DNA of 64,000 nucleotides from Malacoraja senta (Eukaryota): assembly GCA_038087875.1 (NCBI GenBank), contig CM075988.1:7380001-7444000 (forward strand). Reading direction: 5' to 3'. The notes under the pieces are model-generated. The model saw only the letters and a program-made list of their open reading frames with translations. It made no database searches and was not told the DNA's origin. This document shows positions 1 through 13,259 of this stretch, one piece after another. Made by a program: the position numbers and the translations under genes. Position 1 is the first letter of the stretch. The number at the start of each line of letters is the position of its first letter.

Positions 1-210
1 TGCTCGAGGAGTGGAAATGCTTTGGAATGGGTAATCCATAAGGCTGGTGGAAGCAGGTTTAATAGCAGCTTTCAAGGAGAGGTGGAACAGGTAATTTAAC
101 AGGAATTAGTTATTGGGCGATGGGGAATATAGAGAAGTTTATTAAATAGAATATTTAAGAAAGTTTGCAGGCATAATGGGCCAGTGGACAGTCTGCAGAG
201 CTGTATGAAT
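1..210 (+). mobile_element. Degraded CR1 LINE 3' fragment
   Basis: Resembles the CR1 ORF2 end/3'UTR seen intact at 38560-38796 (tggaa...gtggaagcagg...ttcaagga...atgggcc). Confidence 0.55.
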
Positions 211-326
211 AAGTCTCTCAAGTGTTGGTCAGAAACAGGTGGTAATAGGCTTGACTCCTCGCACTCGAGTCATACAGTCAGAATCTCTTGCCCTCAAGTA
301 CAATTGGTGATTATTGAATGCAAATA

Positions 327-790
327 AGGAAAACCCGCAGATGCTGAAGTTCTGAAATAAAAATACAAGATGCTGAAAACACTCAGCAGGTCAGGCAGCA
401 TCTGTGGAGGGAGAAACAGGCATACACCTATCTTAACTATATTACCTGCATGTTAGCTGTCCCTTCCATTTACTGTTCCTCTGCCTCTATAATTGCTCCG
501 ATTATGAGATTCCCCCACAGGAACCTCCAAGATGGTTTCCTTCTTCCAGAACCATGGCTTTCTCTCTATCATAGTTCACAGAGCTCCTGACAGTATTTTG
601 TGTATCTTCATAGGCTCCCCATGCCAGAGTAAAGACTGTTCTCCAGGACTTCTCCTTCCATCCCGCCAGCCCCCATGTTCAACGGGTCATTTTTGTTATT
701 GCCAGGAATTTCAATAAGATTCCACAACTAAACCCTCCACTCCCTCCTCAGCATTTCAAAAGGGCCATTTCAATGTCCTGGTTGGCATTC
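327..790. mobile_element. Old Penelope-like element remnants (terminal unit 327-420 on minus; ORF remnant about 500-790 on plus)
   Basis: gcagatgctg...actcagcaggtcaggcagcatctgtgga matches the PLE terminal unit; the downstream part resembles 29772-29865. Confidence 0.5.
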
Positions 791-926
791 TTCCTTCAAG
801 CAGCGCCATCGGACATAAACTGTTTGTTTTGTAGAGATTTGTTCAGCATCGTGTGGGTTTGGAATTTTTTAAATCACCAGTTCTGCATGTGAAAATAATA
901 ATGTGCCATTGAATTGGAGCAAGAGA

Positions 927-1333
927 GAGTCATAGAGTCATACAGCATGGATACAGGCCCAACGGCCCAACTTGCCCACACCGACCAATATGTCCCATCT
1001 ACACTAGTCCCACCTGCCTGCGTTTGTCCCAGATCCCTCTAACCCTATCCTGTCCACGTACCTGCCTAAATGACTGGCATTAAGGTGAGAGGGGAAAGAT
1101 TTAATAAGAACCTGAGGGGAAACTTTTTTTATTCAGAGGGTGGTGGTTATATGAAATGAGCTGCCAGAGGATTTAGTTGAGGCAGATACTATAACAATAT
1201 TTAAAAGACACTTGAATGGATATGAAAGGTTTGTAGGAATATGGGCCAAACGTGGGAAAATGGATCTAGCTTAGTTCCATTGGTCGGCAGGGACGAGTTG
1301 GGCCGTAAGGCCTGTTTCTGTACTCTATGACTA
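927..1333. mobile_element. Two CR1 3' fragments joined 5'-to-5' (minus 927-1072, plus 1075-1333)
   Basis: Tail gtcatagagtcatacagcatgga on the left and cctgtttctgtactctatgact on the right; the two halves form an imperfect inverted repeat. Confidence 0.7.
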
Positions 1334-2125
1334 AGACGGAACCTAGGTTACTCGAGCAGCCACACTACCTGCTGCATCAGTTTGTGACAGGGGTTGGAAG
1401 GTAGCACTGTTTGGAAATTGTGGTCCTCTTTCAAAATGTATTTTCAAGGAATATATCTGTTGCTTGCACGGTAGCCGTTTATTCAGTATCACTTATTGCC
1501 TTATTGCCCTTGAGAAGATCATGTTGAAATGCTACAGTCATTGTTGTGAAACAACCACGTCGCTTTTGGTTAAGTAGTTTTATATCAAAGGAGGATTCTT
1601 ATCAGAGGTTAAATTTGGTAAGAAGAAGTCTCTCTTCATTGCATTATTTTCCCCTTTGAGGGTCGTTGAATCAGCTCAATTGAAACCGCCTTGGAAAATG
1701 TTCAAGAAGAGACCTTGAAAGATGACGGGATTTTTGTTTTGGGCAGATTCCATGTCTGTGTCCTCACAACGACTAACTGCTGTGACCAATTACACTAGTT
1801 TGATTCCATTAAGATACATGCATATCTCACAGCCACATCAGTGAAGCATAATTAGACAAAACTTGTGCTGAAGAAATGATTAAAGTCTTGAATAGATTTT
1901 AAAGGAAGAGGAAAATTCCTGTATGCAAAACTCACTTAGTTGTGAAGGGCGAGCTGAAAGTTGTGATGTATGAAATAGAGTTGAAACAAAGTTTATACAG
2001 AGGGATGTAAGGATGGAGAAAGTCATTGATATAATAACGTTCCCTAATTCATTTCTTGTAAAATATCCAATTTGTATTATGGAAATAGGCATTGTAAGTG
2101 TGTTTTACTTCTTTGCATTGGGCAA

Positions 2126-2863
2126 TTTATTTATTTAATTCTTTATTTCGAACAGAATAAAAGAATAAAAAGCAAGTGTGAAACAGCATACAAAAAACAA
2201 AACAAAAATATTTATAAAGTGTCATAAACAATATCTATGAATAAATGAAATCGTATGTGTCCGAAAAGGAGCAGGAAGAAGCCAAAGCTTATTAATTCCC
2301 ACCCCTTATTCAACTGCTTATAATTATCTTATACAAATTTAGCAGCTATATGTACACCATATGTACACCAGCAGCTATGTACACCAAATTATTTACATTT
2401 ATACACTAATCAAATATTTACAAAGCCATACAAAAAAAGAGAGAAAAAAAGAAAAAAGAAAAAAGAAAAGAAAAAACCCTCATATATTATACAGTATCTC
2501 TTAGTCATATATACAACCCATCACCCTATAATCACACTTCCCAATACAATCAGTATAACAAATATCCCACTCACAATCACCTATCCTCATCCCAATATCC
2601 TTTAAAAAAAGTGTACAAAACATCTTTTTAAACTGAATTATGTTTGTGCTAAGTTGTATCTCCTGTTCCAGACCATTCCACAAATTCAACTCACAGATTG
2701 CTATGCACATACTTTTAAGAGTTGTTCTGGCATTGAGTTTTTTAAATTAAGTTCCCCTCTCAAATTATACCCACCCTGTCTTTCCATAAACAGTTTTTGT
2801 ATATTTCCTGGAAGTAAATTATTTCTTGCTTTGTACATGATTTGTGCAGTCTTAAATTTAACC
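2126..2863 (-). mobile_element. Non-LTR retrotransposon 3' fragment (L2/Crack-like RT C-terminus, AATA-type tail)
   Basis: Minus translation LVKFKTAQIMYKARNNLLPGNIQKLF...YNLRG...RTTLKSMCIAICELNLWNGL...IIQFKK is typical of LINE ORF2 ends; (TTTA)n-like tail at 2126-2148. Confidence 0.7.
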
Positions 2864-3425
2864 AGAGCAATGAATCAAAATATTAAAGAAAGCGGGTTTT
2901 GAAGAACAATGCTTGGTTGAAGTCTGTAGAAGGTGGAGAACGCAAAGCCTGCCTGCAGAATGTTGGGAATGTCCCATTAATCTGCCCAATATTATTCTTG
3001 TTATCCCACTCTGCAACTATTGATGGATCAAGTTGAAGCTGGACTTGTTAAACTAACTTCCCTTGTCGCCCAGTTTCAAAGTGGCACTACTAAGGATTAC
3101 AGTAATATCTTTGTGTTCTATTGACTGGACTTCCCAAGATCTATGAGGACTAACAAAGGTTATGTTCTTCTAGGCATATAGAGAAAGAACATTTTGATCT
3201 GTGCAACAAGGTTGAAGTGATGGAAATTGCATGTTTGTTATTAGAAGTAATGATGGGAGTATTCTAAGGTGTAAGGTAATTTATTCTGATATGCTTTCTG
3301 CTGATGCTTTATTTTTCCAAGAAATAAATTGAAATGAATATCTTCCTATTAAGAAAATAACAAAATTTTGCATCACTCAAATACTCATTTTGCAAACTCA
3401 AAATGAGACAAACCATCAACCACTT

Positions 3426-3685
3426 TAGTTTAGTTTAAAGATACAGAGTGGAAACAGGCGGTTCAGTCCACTGAGTCCGCACCGACCAGCAATCACTCCG
3501 TACAATAACACTATCCTACACACATCAGTGACAATTTACAATATTTACCAATTAACCTACAAACCAAACCTACACGGGTCACGGGGAGAACGTACAAACT
3601 CCTTACAGACAGCACTCCTTGTCAGGATGAACCAGGTTCTCTGGCACTATAAGACAGCTTTTTTCATCTGCATCACCATGCCGAC
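3426..3685 (-). mobile_element. HE1/V-SINE-type tRNA-derived SINE
   Basis: tttagtttagttt tail, ggaaacagg CR1-derived end, ggagaacgtacaaactcc..cagacagcac core. Confidence 0.8.
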
Positions 3686-4321
3686 CTTGTTACATTGGAT
3701 CCTGACTGTGAAGGTTTTCCTACTGTCCTTACGATGGTGCTGAATGTTGCATTTAAAGGCCTGCAACATCATGGTTTAACTGTAAAATAGCACTTCTGAC
3801 AACGGAGCAGTCCATCAGTACTATATGAATCGTTTTGACCTTGGGGTGTTACATCTCAGTAGCATTTGATGGGTGAAGAGAACCACATATAATCCTGAAC
3901 ACATGGGCCTGTAAGTTTATCTGCATCATTATTTTGTTTTAATAACAGGTGCCAATTTAAAAAATGAATAGAAAATTAATTGATTTTTTGTTGGGTCAGT
4001 CTTAAAACAGTTAACAGACTCTCCTTGCAATTCTACTCTGGGAATAGCAGGTGTTAGGGGTCAGGTTTCCATCAACATTAATAACATATTTCCTTGTTGC
4101 TCTAACCTTAAGGAGTAAATCTTGAAGGATCACACAACAATATCATTCAAGCTCTTTCAGCCACTGGGGAATGTTGTTAAGGAGTGAGTGCATACTGAAA
4201 CAATGGCGCAAAGAGGGCACTCATAGTCCTTTCCAGTGCTTCTGCGGTACATGCATGATGCAACCTCTTGCAAATGTACTTCTGGCTGTAAATTGGCAAG
4301 GAAGTGTTTCTAAGAGCATGA

Positions 4322-4441
4322 CAAATACATGGATAGGAAAAGTTTAGGATAAGGATCAAACGCAGGCAGGTTTGACTAGCGCAAATACATGGATAGGAAA
4401 AGTTTAGGATAAGGACCAAACATAGGCAGGTGGGACTAGCG
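4322..4441 (+). repeat. 60-bp tandem duplication inside a CR1 3' fragment (about 4313-4495)
   Basis: caaatacatggataggaaaagtttaggataagga...gactagcg occurs twice, 60 nt apart. Confidence 0.85.
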
Positions 4442-4553
4442 TAGATGCGGCATCTTAATTGTCATGGCAAGATGGGCCATAGACTATGACTCTGTGAACG
4501 CCCTTTGTGCATACCTGCATCTTTGAAGACCTGCAGTGCAGTCAAATGCTCCA

Positions 4554-6939
4554 GGAAATAGAAGAAACAATAAACACTCTAAAGAATGGAAAAACACCAG
4601 GACCAGATGGATTTTGTAATGAATTTTATAAAAGATTTTATGAGATAATTACACCACGTTTACATAAAATGTATACATATGCTTTCAAAGAACAAACATT
4701 ACCAGAAACACTAGCGGAATCAACGATTACACTTATACCTAAAAAAGATAAAGATCTAGAAGACCCTGGCTCATACAGAGCCATTGCGCTGTTAAATACA
4801 GATCAAAAAATATTAGCAAAAACATTGGCTAGAAGATTAAGTAAATATGTTAGTAAATTAATAAATGCGGATCAAACAGGGTTTATACCCTAGAGATACT
4901 CATGCAATAATCTGAGACGTCTGTTTCACATAATGCATTCATATAAAACTGAAGAACAAGACATCAATTATTTCATTGGACGCAGAAAAAGCATTCGATC
5001 AAGTGGAATGGGATTACCTCGTTAAAGTATTGCAAAAATTTCAAATGGGAGAGAATTTTATCTCATGGGTAAAACTATTATATGACAGGCCCACTGCTAG
5101 AATATTAACTAATAACATGTTGTCCCCGAAATTTCAATTATCCAGGGGCAATAGACAGGGATGCTCACTATCACCTCTGCTATTTGCTCTTGTAATAGAG
5201 CCTCTAGCTGAAAGCATTAGAACACATCCGAATATCCATGGTTATAATACAAAATACTCAAATAATAAAATATCATTATACGCAGATGATGTACTACTGT
5301 ACATCACAAAATCACAAATCAGTATACCAAATATATTAAATCTAATAGAGGAATTGGATCCTTTTCAGAATATAGAATAAATTGGAATAAAAGTGAAATT
5401 ATGACGATAAAACCTCGATTCAACACACCTGTTAAAATTCCCTTTTAAAATTGCTACAGAAAAATTTAAATATTTGGGAATTGAAATTACCAGAAAATAT
5501 AAATCTTTATTTAATGCAAACTATATGCCACTACTTAATAAATTAAACGCCCTGATTAAATTTTGGAAAACACTTCCGATGTCTTTAATAGGCCGAATAA
5601 ATGCTATAAAAATGATCTTTCTACCACAAATTTTATATCTATTCCAATCAATACCAATATACTTACCTAAATAGTTTAAAAAAAAACTGGATTCTGATAT
5701 CACAAATTTTATTTGGGACTATAAATCCCATAGAATTCAAAGAAGACATTTGTGCAAACCTAAAGAATTTGGTGGACTAACACTCCCTAATTTTTTGTAT
5801 TATTATTGGGCAGCAAATGTCAAAAATGTGATTCACCTGTTGGGCAACTCTGCCCAATGAGTGGATTGGATAGTAATGGAGAGAGAGGATTGCTCCCCTT
5901 TTAATATAGGAGCGATCCTTCTCTCACCAATAAAACTGAATAATACAATATACAGTAAAAATCCAATTATTCATAGTACGATTAGAATTTGGTAACAAAT
6001 AAAATTAACCCTAAAATTAAGAAACCTATCGCTTCTCTCTTCCATAGTTAATAATCCGTCGTTTAAACCATCTATTATAGATCAATCATTTACACACTGG
6101 GAAAGAATAGGAATTAAAACGTTTGGAGACATGTATGAAAATGGAATTTTTTTATCATTCCAACAACTACAACTTAAATACAATCTTGGAAGTAACCAAT
6201 ATTTTAAATATTTTCAAATCCGTGATTATTTGAAAAAATATACACAAGAATATCAAAATCTGTCTCCAGACCTATTAGATGAAGCAATGAATATAAAGGC
6301 GGACTCAACTAATTTAATATCATACTTGTATAATATCATCCTAAATATAGAAATACCATCGTCCGATGGAATTAGAAGAGATTGGGAACAAGAACTAGCT
6401 ATAAAAATCTCGAAAGAGAGTTGGGATAAACACTTGCTATATGTGCACAATTGCTCGATCAATGTAAGACATATTCTAATCCAATTCAAAACCTTACATA
6501 GACTATATTACTCAAAAACTAAAATAAGTAATTTTTTTCCAAATGTGTCCCCCATCTGTGATAAATGTCTATCCCAAGAAGCAACTATAGCACATACCTT
6601 TGTTTTTTGTATAAAAATCCAAAAATATTGGAATGAAATCTTTGAAAGTTTTACAAAATTATTATTTAAAATAAAACTGAAACCGAACGCAGAATTGATT
6701 ATTTTTGGAACAATGGAAGCCAGCTTTGAGCTGACTTCGTTCCAAAAGAGTTTCCTTAATTACGGCAAAAAATCTTATACTTAAATTCTGGAAAAACGCT
6801 CCCACACCAACGATAAAAATGTGGATTTCAAATATGTCCGAAATGTTACACCTCGAAGACATGAGATTCCTCCTAGCAGGCAAATCAGACCATTTCCAAA
6901 AGATTTGGTCTCCATTTATCGACTTATTACAAGCATAGG
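4554..6939 (+). pseudogene. L1 ORF2 (RT plus C-terminal Cys-rich domain), broken by stops and frameshifts
   Basis: Motifs KTPGPDGF, YRAIALLNTDQKILAK, DQTGFIP, DAEKAFD, RQGCSLSPLLF, YADD and CDKC...HTFVFC, spread over ORFs 4507, 4976, 5474 and 6131. Confidence 0.95.
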
Positions 6940-7294
6940 GTGCAACATAACATGAAATAAATGGTTTCAGGACCTGGTGAGGGGTGTGTAAAGATACGAA
7001 GTAGGTACATCCCTTTTATCTTATTTTACTTTCTTATATCTTCTGTTTTCTATTTTTCTCTTTTTTTTCCTTTGGTTTTCTTTTTAACTCATTCTCGTGT
7101 TTTACGTTTCTACGGGTTTCTTCTGATCACTCTTTCACGCACTTACTATACTATCTTATCTAACTCTCTCTATTCTTCTCCTTTTTAAAGTTTAAAATAA
7201 GAAGTGGTACAGGAAATGTATTATGTTATTTTTGGCTTATATCACTGTAATGTACATTACTTCTAATAAATAAAATAATTAAAAAAAAAAAAAA
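4554..7294 (+). mobile_element. 5'-truncated L1-clade LINE with poly(A) tail and 10-bp TSD
   Basis: TSD aaatgctcca at 4544-4553 and 7295-7304; A-run 7281-7297 preceded by AATAAA; ORF2 fragments inside. Confidence 0.95.
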
Positions 7295-7351
7295 AAATGC
7301 TCCATCCAGCTTTGAATAGAAAATAGCCATTGACCAGAAATCAACAGCTCA

Positions 7352-8704
7352 AATTCAAGTTCAAGTGAGTTTATTGTCATGTGTCCCTGATAGGACAATG
7401 ACATTCTTGCATTCCTTCAGCACAACAGAATATAGTAGGCATTGACTACAAGGCATTCTATAAATATATACACACATGAATCAATATACTGATGAAGTGC
7501 AAATAACATTATTGGCTAGTAAAGTTCAGTGTTATGTCCGAGCCAGGTTTAATAGCCTGATGGCTGTGGGGAAGTAGCTATTCCTGAACCTGGTCGTTGC
7601 AGTCTTCAGGCTCCTGTACCTTCTGCCTGAAGGTAGTAGGGAGATGAGTGTGTGGCCAGGATGGTGTGGGTCCTTGATGATACTGCCAGCCTTTTTGAGA
7701 CAGCGACTGTGATAGATCCCCTCGATGGAAGGGAGGTCAGAGCCGATGCTGCACTGGGCAGTGTTTACTACTTTTTGTAGTCTTTTCCTCTCCAGGGCGC
7801 TCAAGTTGCCGAACCAAGCCACGATGCAACCGGTCAGCATGCTCTCTACTGTGCACCTGTAGAAGTTAGAGAGAGTCCTCCTTGACAAACCGACTCTCCG
7901 TAATCTTCTCAGGAAGTAGAGGCGCTGATGTGCTTTCTTAATAATGGCATCAGTGTTCTCGGACCAGGAAAGATCTTCAGAGATGTGCACGCCCAGGAAT
8001 TTGAAGCTCTTGACCCTTTCAACCATCGACCCGTTGATATAAACGGGACTGTGGGTCCCCATCCTACTCCTTCCAAAGTCCACAATCAGTTCCTTGGTTT
8101 TGCTGGTGTTGAGGGCCAGGTTATTGTGCTGGCACCATATGGACAGTCGCTCGATCTCTCTTCTATACTCTGACTCATCCCCATCAGTGATACGTCCCAC
8201 AACAGTGGTGTCGTCAGCGAACTTGATGATGGAGTTCGCACTATGTCCGGCTATGCAGTCATGAGTATAGAGTGAGTACAGCAGGGGGCTGAGCACGCAG
8301 CCTTGAGGTGCTCCCGTGCTGATTGTTATCGAGTCTGACACATTTCCACCAATATGAACAGACTGTGGTCTGTGAGTGAGGAAGTCGAGGATCCAATTGC
8401 AGAGGGATGCGCAGAGACCCAGTTCTGCGAGTTTGGTAACCAGCTTGGAGGGGATGATTGTATTAAATGCCGAGCTGAAATCGATGAATAACAGCCTGAC
8501 ATATGAGTTTTTGTTGTCCAAGTGGTCCAGAGCGGAGTGGAGGGCCAGCAAGATCGCATCCACCGTTGATCTGTTGTGGCGGTAAGCGAACTGCAGTGGG
8601 TCCAGGTTTTTGTCGAGGTAGGAGTTGATCTGCATCATGATCAACCTCTCAAAGCACTTCATCACCACGGGCGTTAGTGCCACAGGTCGATGGTCATTGA
8701 GGCA
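7352..8704 (-). mobile_element. 5'-truncated Rex1/Babar-type LINE, young
   Basis: Continuous RT frame beginning [11 protein letters not shown]; 3' end atgacaataaa plus a short cttgaa-type tail at 7352-7380 (minus). Confidence 0.9.
7532..8704 (-). pseudogene. Uninterrupted C-terminal half of a Rex1-type reverse transcriptase (no true start; 5' truncated)
   Basis: ORF 7532-8683: [58 protein letters not shown]. Confidence 0.92.
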
Positions 8705-9035
8705 CTAACTGCTAAGAACTCCCTACTGAACTCCCTACTGCTAAGAATGTTTGAGCTTCTGCTATTCGTCCGTGAGCTGCAGTGTTCCAAGTTGCATGCA
8801 TCGGGAAAGATCCTGCAAGTAGGGTCTTTGATTCTGAGGGTGAGGTGGTCTTTGACTTTGAGCATGCAGGCATTTGAGTTCGTAGAGGTGTTTTGTAGTT
8901 ACAGAAGTGAGTGAGTGGGGGTGGGTTGGGATATAATTGCTTCTTCTGTAAGTGCTGGATCCGTGTGGAGCCTGGCTGGGGATAGGTTTATATTGTATCG
9001 CCTCTTTTGAAATGTACCTTTCCATTGTCTGAAGA

Positions 9036-9132
9036 GTCTGAAGAAGGGTCTCGACCCGAAACGTCACCCATTCCTTCTCTCCAGAGATGCTGCCTGTCCC
9101 GCTGAGTTACTCCAGCATGTTGTGTCTATCTT
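9036..9132 (+). mobile_element. Penelope-derived short unit with hammerhead-like core
   Basis: CTGAAGA-A-GGGT-CTCG-ACCC-GAAA-CGTC at 9038-9065, followed by the same tail as the PLE terminus at 30895-31028. Confidence 0.8.
9038..9068 (+). ncRNA. Minimal type I hammerhead ribozyme motif (best-preserved plus-strand copy)
   Basis: CUGAnGA box, 4-bp helix II, GAAA box, palindromic ACGU in place of helix III, GUC triplet; helix I is only about 2 bp. Confidence 0.6.
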
Positions 9133-9477
9133 CCTTTCTGTTACATCTTTTCTGATCTGATGGAGTGAGAGACATTACTCTTTTGCAGGATTTCTTCTGG
9201 AATTTTGAGGAGGGAGCTTGCTGATGCCACCTGGGAGTGTGGTGATTGGGATCCCAGTTTGGTTCGACAACTTGAAGGGTATTTTGGCAGAGAAATGAGC
9301 AGCACTGGCTATGACTGGAGGAATAAAATTGTCTTAACCTTTAAGTAATGCTGAAAGCTCACACTAAATCATTATTAAAAGTCAGTTCTTTCGGGAGTGA
9401 ACAAACGGCCGTTGTTATTGGGACCAATGTGGTGCAAAATGCTGCCAGAAATGAATTTGGGGCATTACAGGGTTATT

Positions 9478-9890
9478 TCATAAGGTCATAAGTGATAGGC
9501 GTATCAAGTTTACTTCGCCATTCAATCAAGGCTGATCTCTCTCTCCCTCCTAACCCCATTCTCCTGCCTTCTCCCCATAACCTCTGACACCCGTACTAAT
9601 CAAGAAACTATCTATCTCTGCCTTAAATATATCCACTGACTTTGCCTCCACTACTTTCTGTGGCAATGAATTCCACAGATTCACCATCCTCTGACTAAAA
9701 AAAATCCTCCTCATCTCCTTCCTAAAATAATGCCCTTCAATTCTGAGGCTGTGACCTCAAGTCCGAGACTCTCCCCACGAGTGAAAACATCCTCTCCACA
9801 TCCAGTCCATCCAAGCTTTTCACCATTCTATACGTTCCACCTCATTCTTCTAAATTCCAGCAAATATAGGCCCAGTGCCGTCCAATGCCG
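9478..9890 (-). mobile_element. CR1 3' fragment
   Basis: Reverse complement of the CR1 end (ttccacagattcacc, ttctcctgccttctccccataa). Confidence 0.8.
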
Positions 9891-9959
9891 TTATTTATGT
9901 CACTTGAGTGATCTGGAAGCCAGAAACCAAAAGAAACGTGCTTGGACTCATTGATTCCT

Positions 9960-10310
9960 TGAACTGCGAAGTCCAGAATATTTATACAGAGAGTCCAGTT
10001 CAAATCCTGCCGCAAAGTGGAATTTGAAATGAAAATATTACTGATTTTTTCAAAATTTAATTTAATGGTAACCATGAACATATTGCATTTTGTTTTGTAA
10101 AAGCCTGCCTGGTTCAGTAATGTGCTTTGGCGAAGGACGTCTGGTATCTTTACCTAACCTGGCATCTGCGTGACTCCAGATACACAGATGCATTTAATGC
10201 AGAGTTGCGGCCTGAAATGGCTGCACAGATGGGGGCAGTGCAGAGGCTGTCAGTTATGAATGGATAATAAACATTGCCCTTGCCAGTCCTGCCCACATCC
10301 CATGAAAACA
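9960..10310 (+). mobile_element. Old degraded SINE with L2-like tail
   Basis: ttcaaatcc B-box-like motif, ctggttcagtaatgt...gtgactccaga body, tail ccttgccag..gcccacatcccatgaa. Confidence 0.5.
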
Positions 10311-10364
10311 GTCAATGTAAATAAAATGCCAAATTCTTTAAAAAATATTTAAAAGCAAAAAAGT

Positions 10365-10692
10365 GTTATGAACGAGGGTCTGAGCTATAGGGTAGGCTGG
10401 GACTATTCCTTGGAGCGCAGGAGGATGAGCGGTGATCTTATAGAGGTGTATAAAATTATGAGAAGAATAGCTCGGGTAGATCCACAGTCTCTTGCCCAAG
10501 TAGGTAAATCATGAACCAGATGACTTAGATTTAATGTGAAGGGGAAATGATTTAATAGGAATCTAAGGGGTCATGTTTTCAGAGGGATATTGGCCAAGCG
10601 CTGGTAGATGGGACTAGTATAGCTGGGACATGTTGAAGGGTGTGGGCAAGTTGGGCCGAACTGCCTGTTTCCACACTGTATGACTCTGACTC
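10365..10692 (+). mobile_element. CR1 3' fragment
   Basis: ggtgatcttatagaggtgtataaaattatg (GDLIEVYKIM); tail cctgtttccacactgtatgactctgact. Confidence 0.8.
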
Positions 10693-11214
10693 ACAAACTC
10701 AGTAAGCCATTCAAGAGAGAAGTTGGGAAATACTCCTTTCAAAGCCTGGTAGAAGTGTTTGAGTTTGCACACCAACACTAGATTATCGGAATCTTAATTT
10801 GCCATTCGAGAGGATAAGAGGATTCCGAGCCAGTGTTGTTATTGGATTGAGCGCTCGTTCTGCCTGCCTTGCGCTGCCTTTAAGGATTTAAACTGATGTC
10901 TTAGAGAATGACATTTTCTAATGAAACTGAAACCTAGTGACCTGGCATGTCTTTTTGAAATGTCAAATCTCTATCTCTCTGTTCAGGTAAAACTAATGAC
11001 CCTCGTGGCATGATAGGAGGGGGACCAGTGAGTTCTCCTTGTGTGCCAGGACACTTTACAACTGTAACTGATCGAATATTGAGAAAAGAGGCAAGTTCTC
11101 AATTTGGATTTTGGCTGCTTTCTTGGTGGCATTCATAGAGAGTGTGGCGTTTGACTTCATTCTGTCCCTTCAGAGTAGGTTGACTCAATTTTCCAACTTT
11201 GTAACATGGTCTCC

Positions 11215-11650
11215 AATTTAGTTTATTTATTGTCACATGTACCGAGGTACAGTCATGGGGAATAGGAGTAGAATTAGGCTATTTGGCCCATCAAGTCTAC
11301 TCCACCATTCATTCATGGCTGATCTATCTCTCTCTCCTAACCTCATTCTCCTGCCTTCTCCACATAGCCTCTGACACCTGCACTAATCAAAATTTTATCT
11401 ATCTCTGCCTTAAAAATATCCATTGACTTGGCCTCTACAGCCTTCTGTGGCTGTAGCAGTGAAAATCATTTTTGTGGCATGCTATCCAGAAAGACTATAC
11501 ATGATTACCGTCAAGCCATGCACAGTTTACAGATACAGGATAAAAGGAATAATGTTCCGTGCACGATAAATTCCAATAAAGTCCGATTAAATAATAGTCC
11601 GAGGGTCTCCAATGAGGTAGATGGTAGCTCAGGACTGCACTCCTCTGGTG
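11215..11650 (-). mobile_element. Rex1-type 3'UTR fragment with nested CR1 3' fragment (about 11254-11450, minus)
   Basis: tttattgtcacatgtaccgaggtacagt...gaaaa is split by CR1 sequence and resumes at about 11455. Confidence 0.65.
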
Positions 11651-12149
11651 AAACGTACTGGACAAATGGAGTCATCTTATTTTCCAAAGCTATCCATCCA
11701 GTCATGGTTCAATGTGTATATTAGTCACCCCTTCAGCTCACCGAGTGAGGCAACTCCCAGGAGACAAAATGCCCACCACTGCTTATTGCATTGACTCTGC
11801 CACCTAGATTGGATCACAAATGTATGTCGGGAATCCTGGGGATGAAACCGACTCGGTAACCGTCAATAAAAATCCACTTATTAGTCAATAAAAAAGCTTA
11901 AAAGAGACAGAAAGTGCTCTCTATGCTTCCCAACAGTGGTCCCTCATTAGAACGAGAAAACGTTTAACTATTGACAAAAGGAGGGATGAACGAAAGGAAC
12001 AATAATGATCTGTGATAGGATTGACTGCAAGAAGAAAATAAAAAGGATGGTATTGCATCGCCAAAGGAGCCATTAATGGAACAAGAAGCGGATGCATCTG
12101 GAGAAGTGTCAGCAAGAGTAGCAGATTCATAATGTGAGCCTAGAGTCAG

Positions 12150-12560
12150 AGGTGAGGTTGTGTTTCTCAAGCTTGGGTTTCCCAGGAGAAGTGTAGCAAG
12201 TGTAGGAAACAGTGCCCTAACAGGGGAATAGGGAACGGCTGGACAATTAATGACAAGTGACTGGAAGGTTAAAGGCAGAATCACATTGGGGCTGAATGGA
12301 GGTGTTCTGCAAAGCTGTCGCCCAGTCTGAAGAAGGGTCTCGACCCGTAACGTCACCCGTTCCTTCTCTCCAGAGGTATTGCCTGTCCCGCTGAGTTACT
12401 CCCATATTTGGGTCTATCTTTGGTTTAAACCAGCATCTGCAGTTCCATCCTACATGCCCAGTCTGTTTGGTTTCCTCAGTGTACTAATTGGAAAAAAACA
12501 TGGGCAGATTGTTTGACTTAGAATGGATTTGGGATCCTGGGTGATGGGAAGAAGGTTAAA
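12150..12560 (-). mobile_element. Old Penelope GIY-YIG remnant carrying a younger hammerhead-unit insertion (12330-12455, plus)
   Basis: Minus strand reads ETK..LGDSFAEHLHS across the insertion; gcccagtctg is duplicated at 12320-12329 and 12456-12465. Confidence 0.7.
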
Positions 12561-12640
12561 GGGTAGGTATGTTCCTTTATCCCAGCACTACATCAGGGCA
12601 AATCAATTGTGTGTCATGACATCACGTGATTCCATTTTAG

Positions 12641-12940
12641 GCTTTAAAATTTAGAGATACAGAGTGCAAAGAGGTCCTTCAGCCCATGGAGACTGCGCCG
12701 ACCAGTGATCACCCCCGTACACTAGCACTATCCTACACACTAGGGACAATTTTTACCGAAGCCAATTAACCAACAAACCTGCTTGCCTTGGAGTGTGGGA
12801 GGAAACTGGAGCACCTGGTGAAACCCCACGTGGTCACAGGGAGAACGTACAAACTCCATACTAACAGCACCCATCGGATCAAACCTGGAACTCTGGCGCT
12901 GTAAGGCAGCAACTCTACTGCTGTGCCACCATGCCACCCG
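12641..12940 (-). mobile_element. HE1/V-SINE-type SINE, near full length
   Basis: tRNA-like head at the right end, V-type core and CR1 tail. Confidence 0.85.
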
Positions 12941-13259
12941 ATTTTGTCTTGTGTAAGTTATTATTGGTGCCTAGTTTAAGGTATTGCACCCCTCATCCTT
13001 GCCTTTGCAAATCCAGACTTGCTTGTTCCAATGCCTGGACTAGCTATCCATTTACCCAAAACTTTAGCCAAAACTTCTGCCAATATCCTAATTTACCCTG
13101 ACCTATTTGCTAAGCGCTTTTGTGATCAATATTAAATTTCAGACTAGGTGGCTCAAATTCAAATGTAACTCCACAATATTAACATCCCTGCCCAGTCTCT
13201 CTCTCTCCCTGATAATGTGGTCTATTAATCCTCTTTCTGTCTTTCTTCCCACCACCAAA

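Noticed and set aside
1894..2093. Coding exon ending at the GTAAGT at 2094
   Set aside because: The longest frame has an internal TGA and there is no convincing acceptor.
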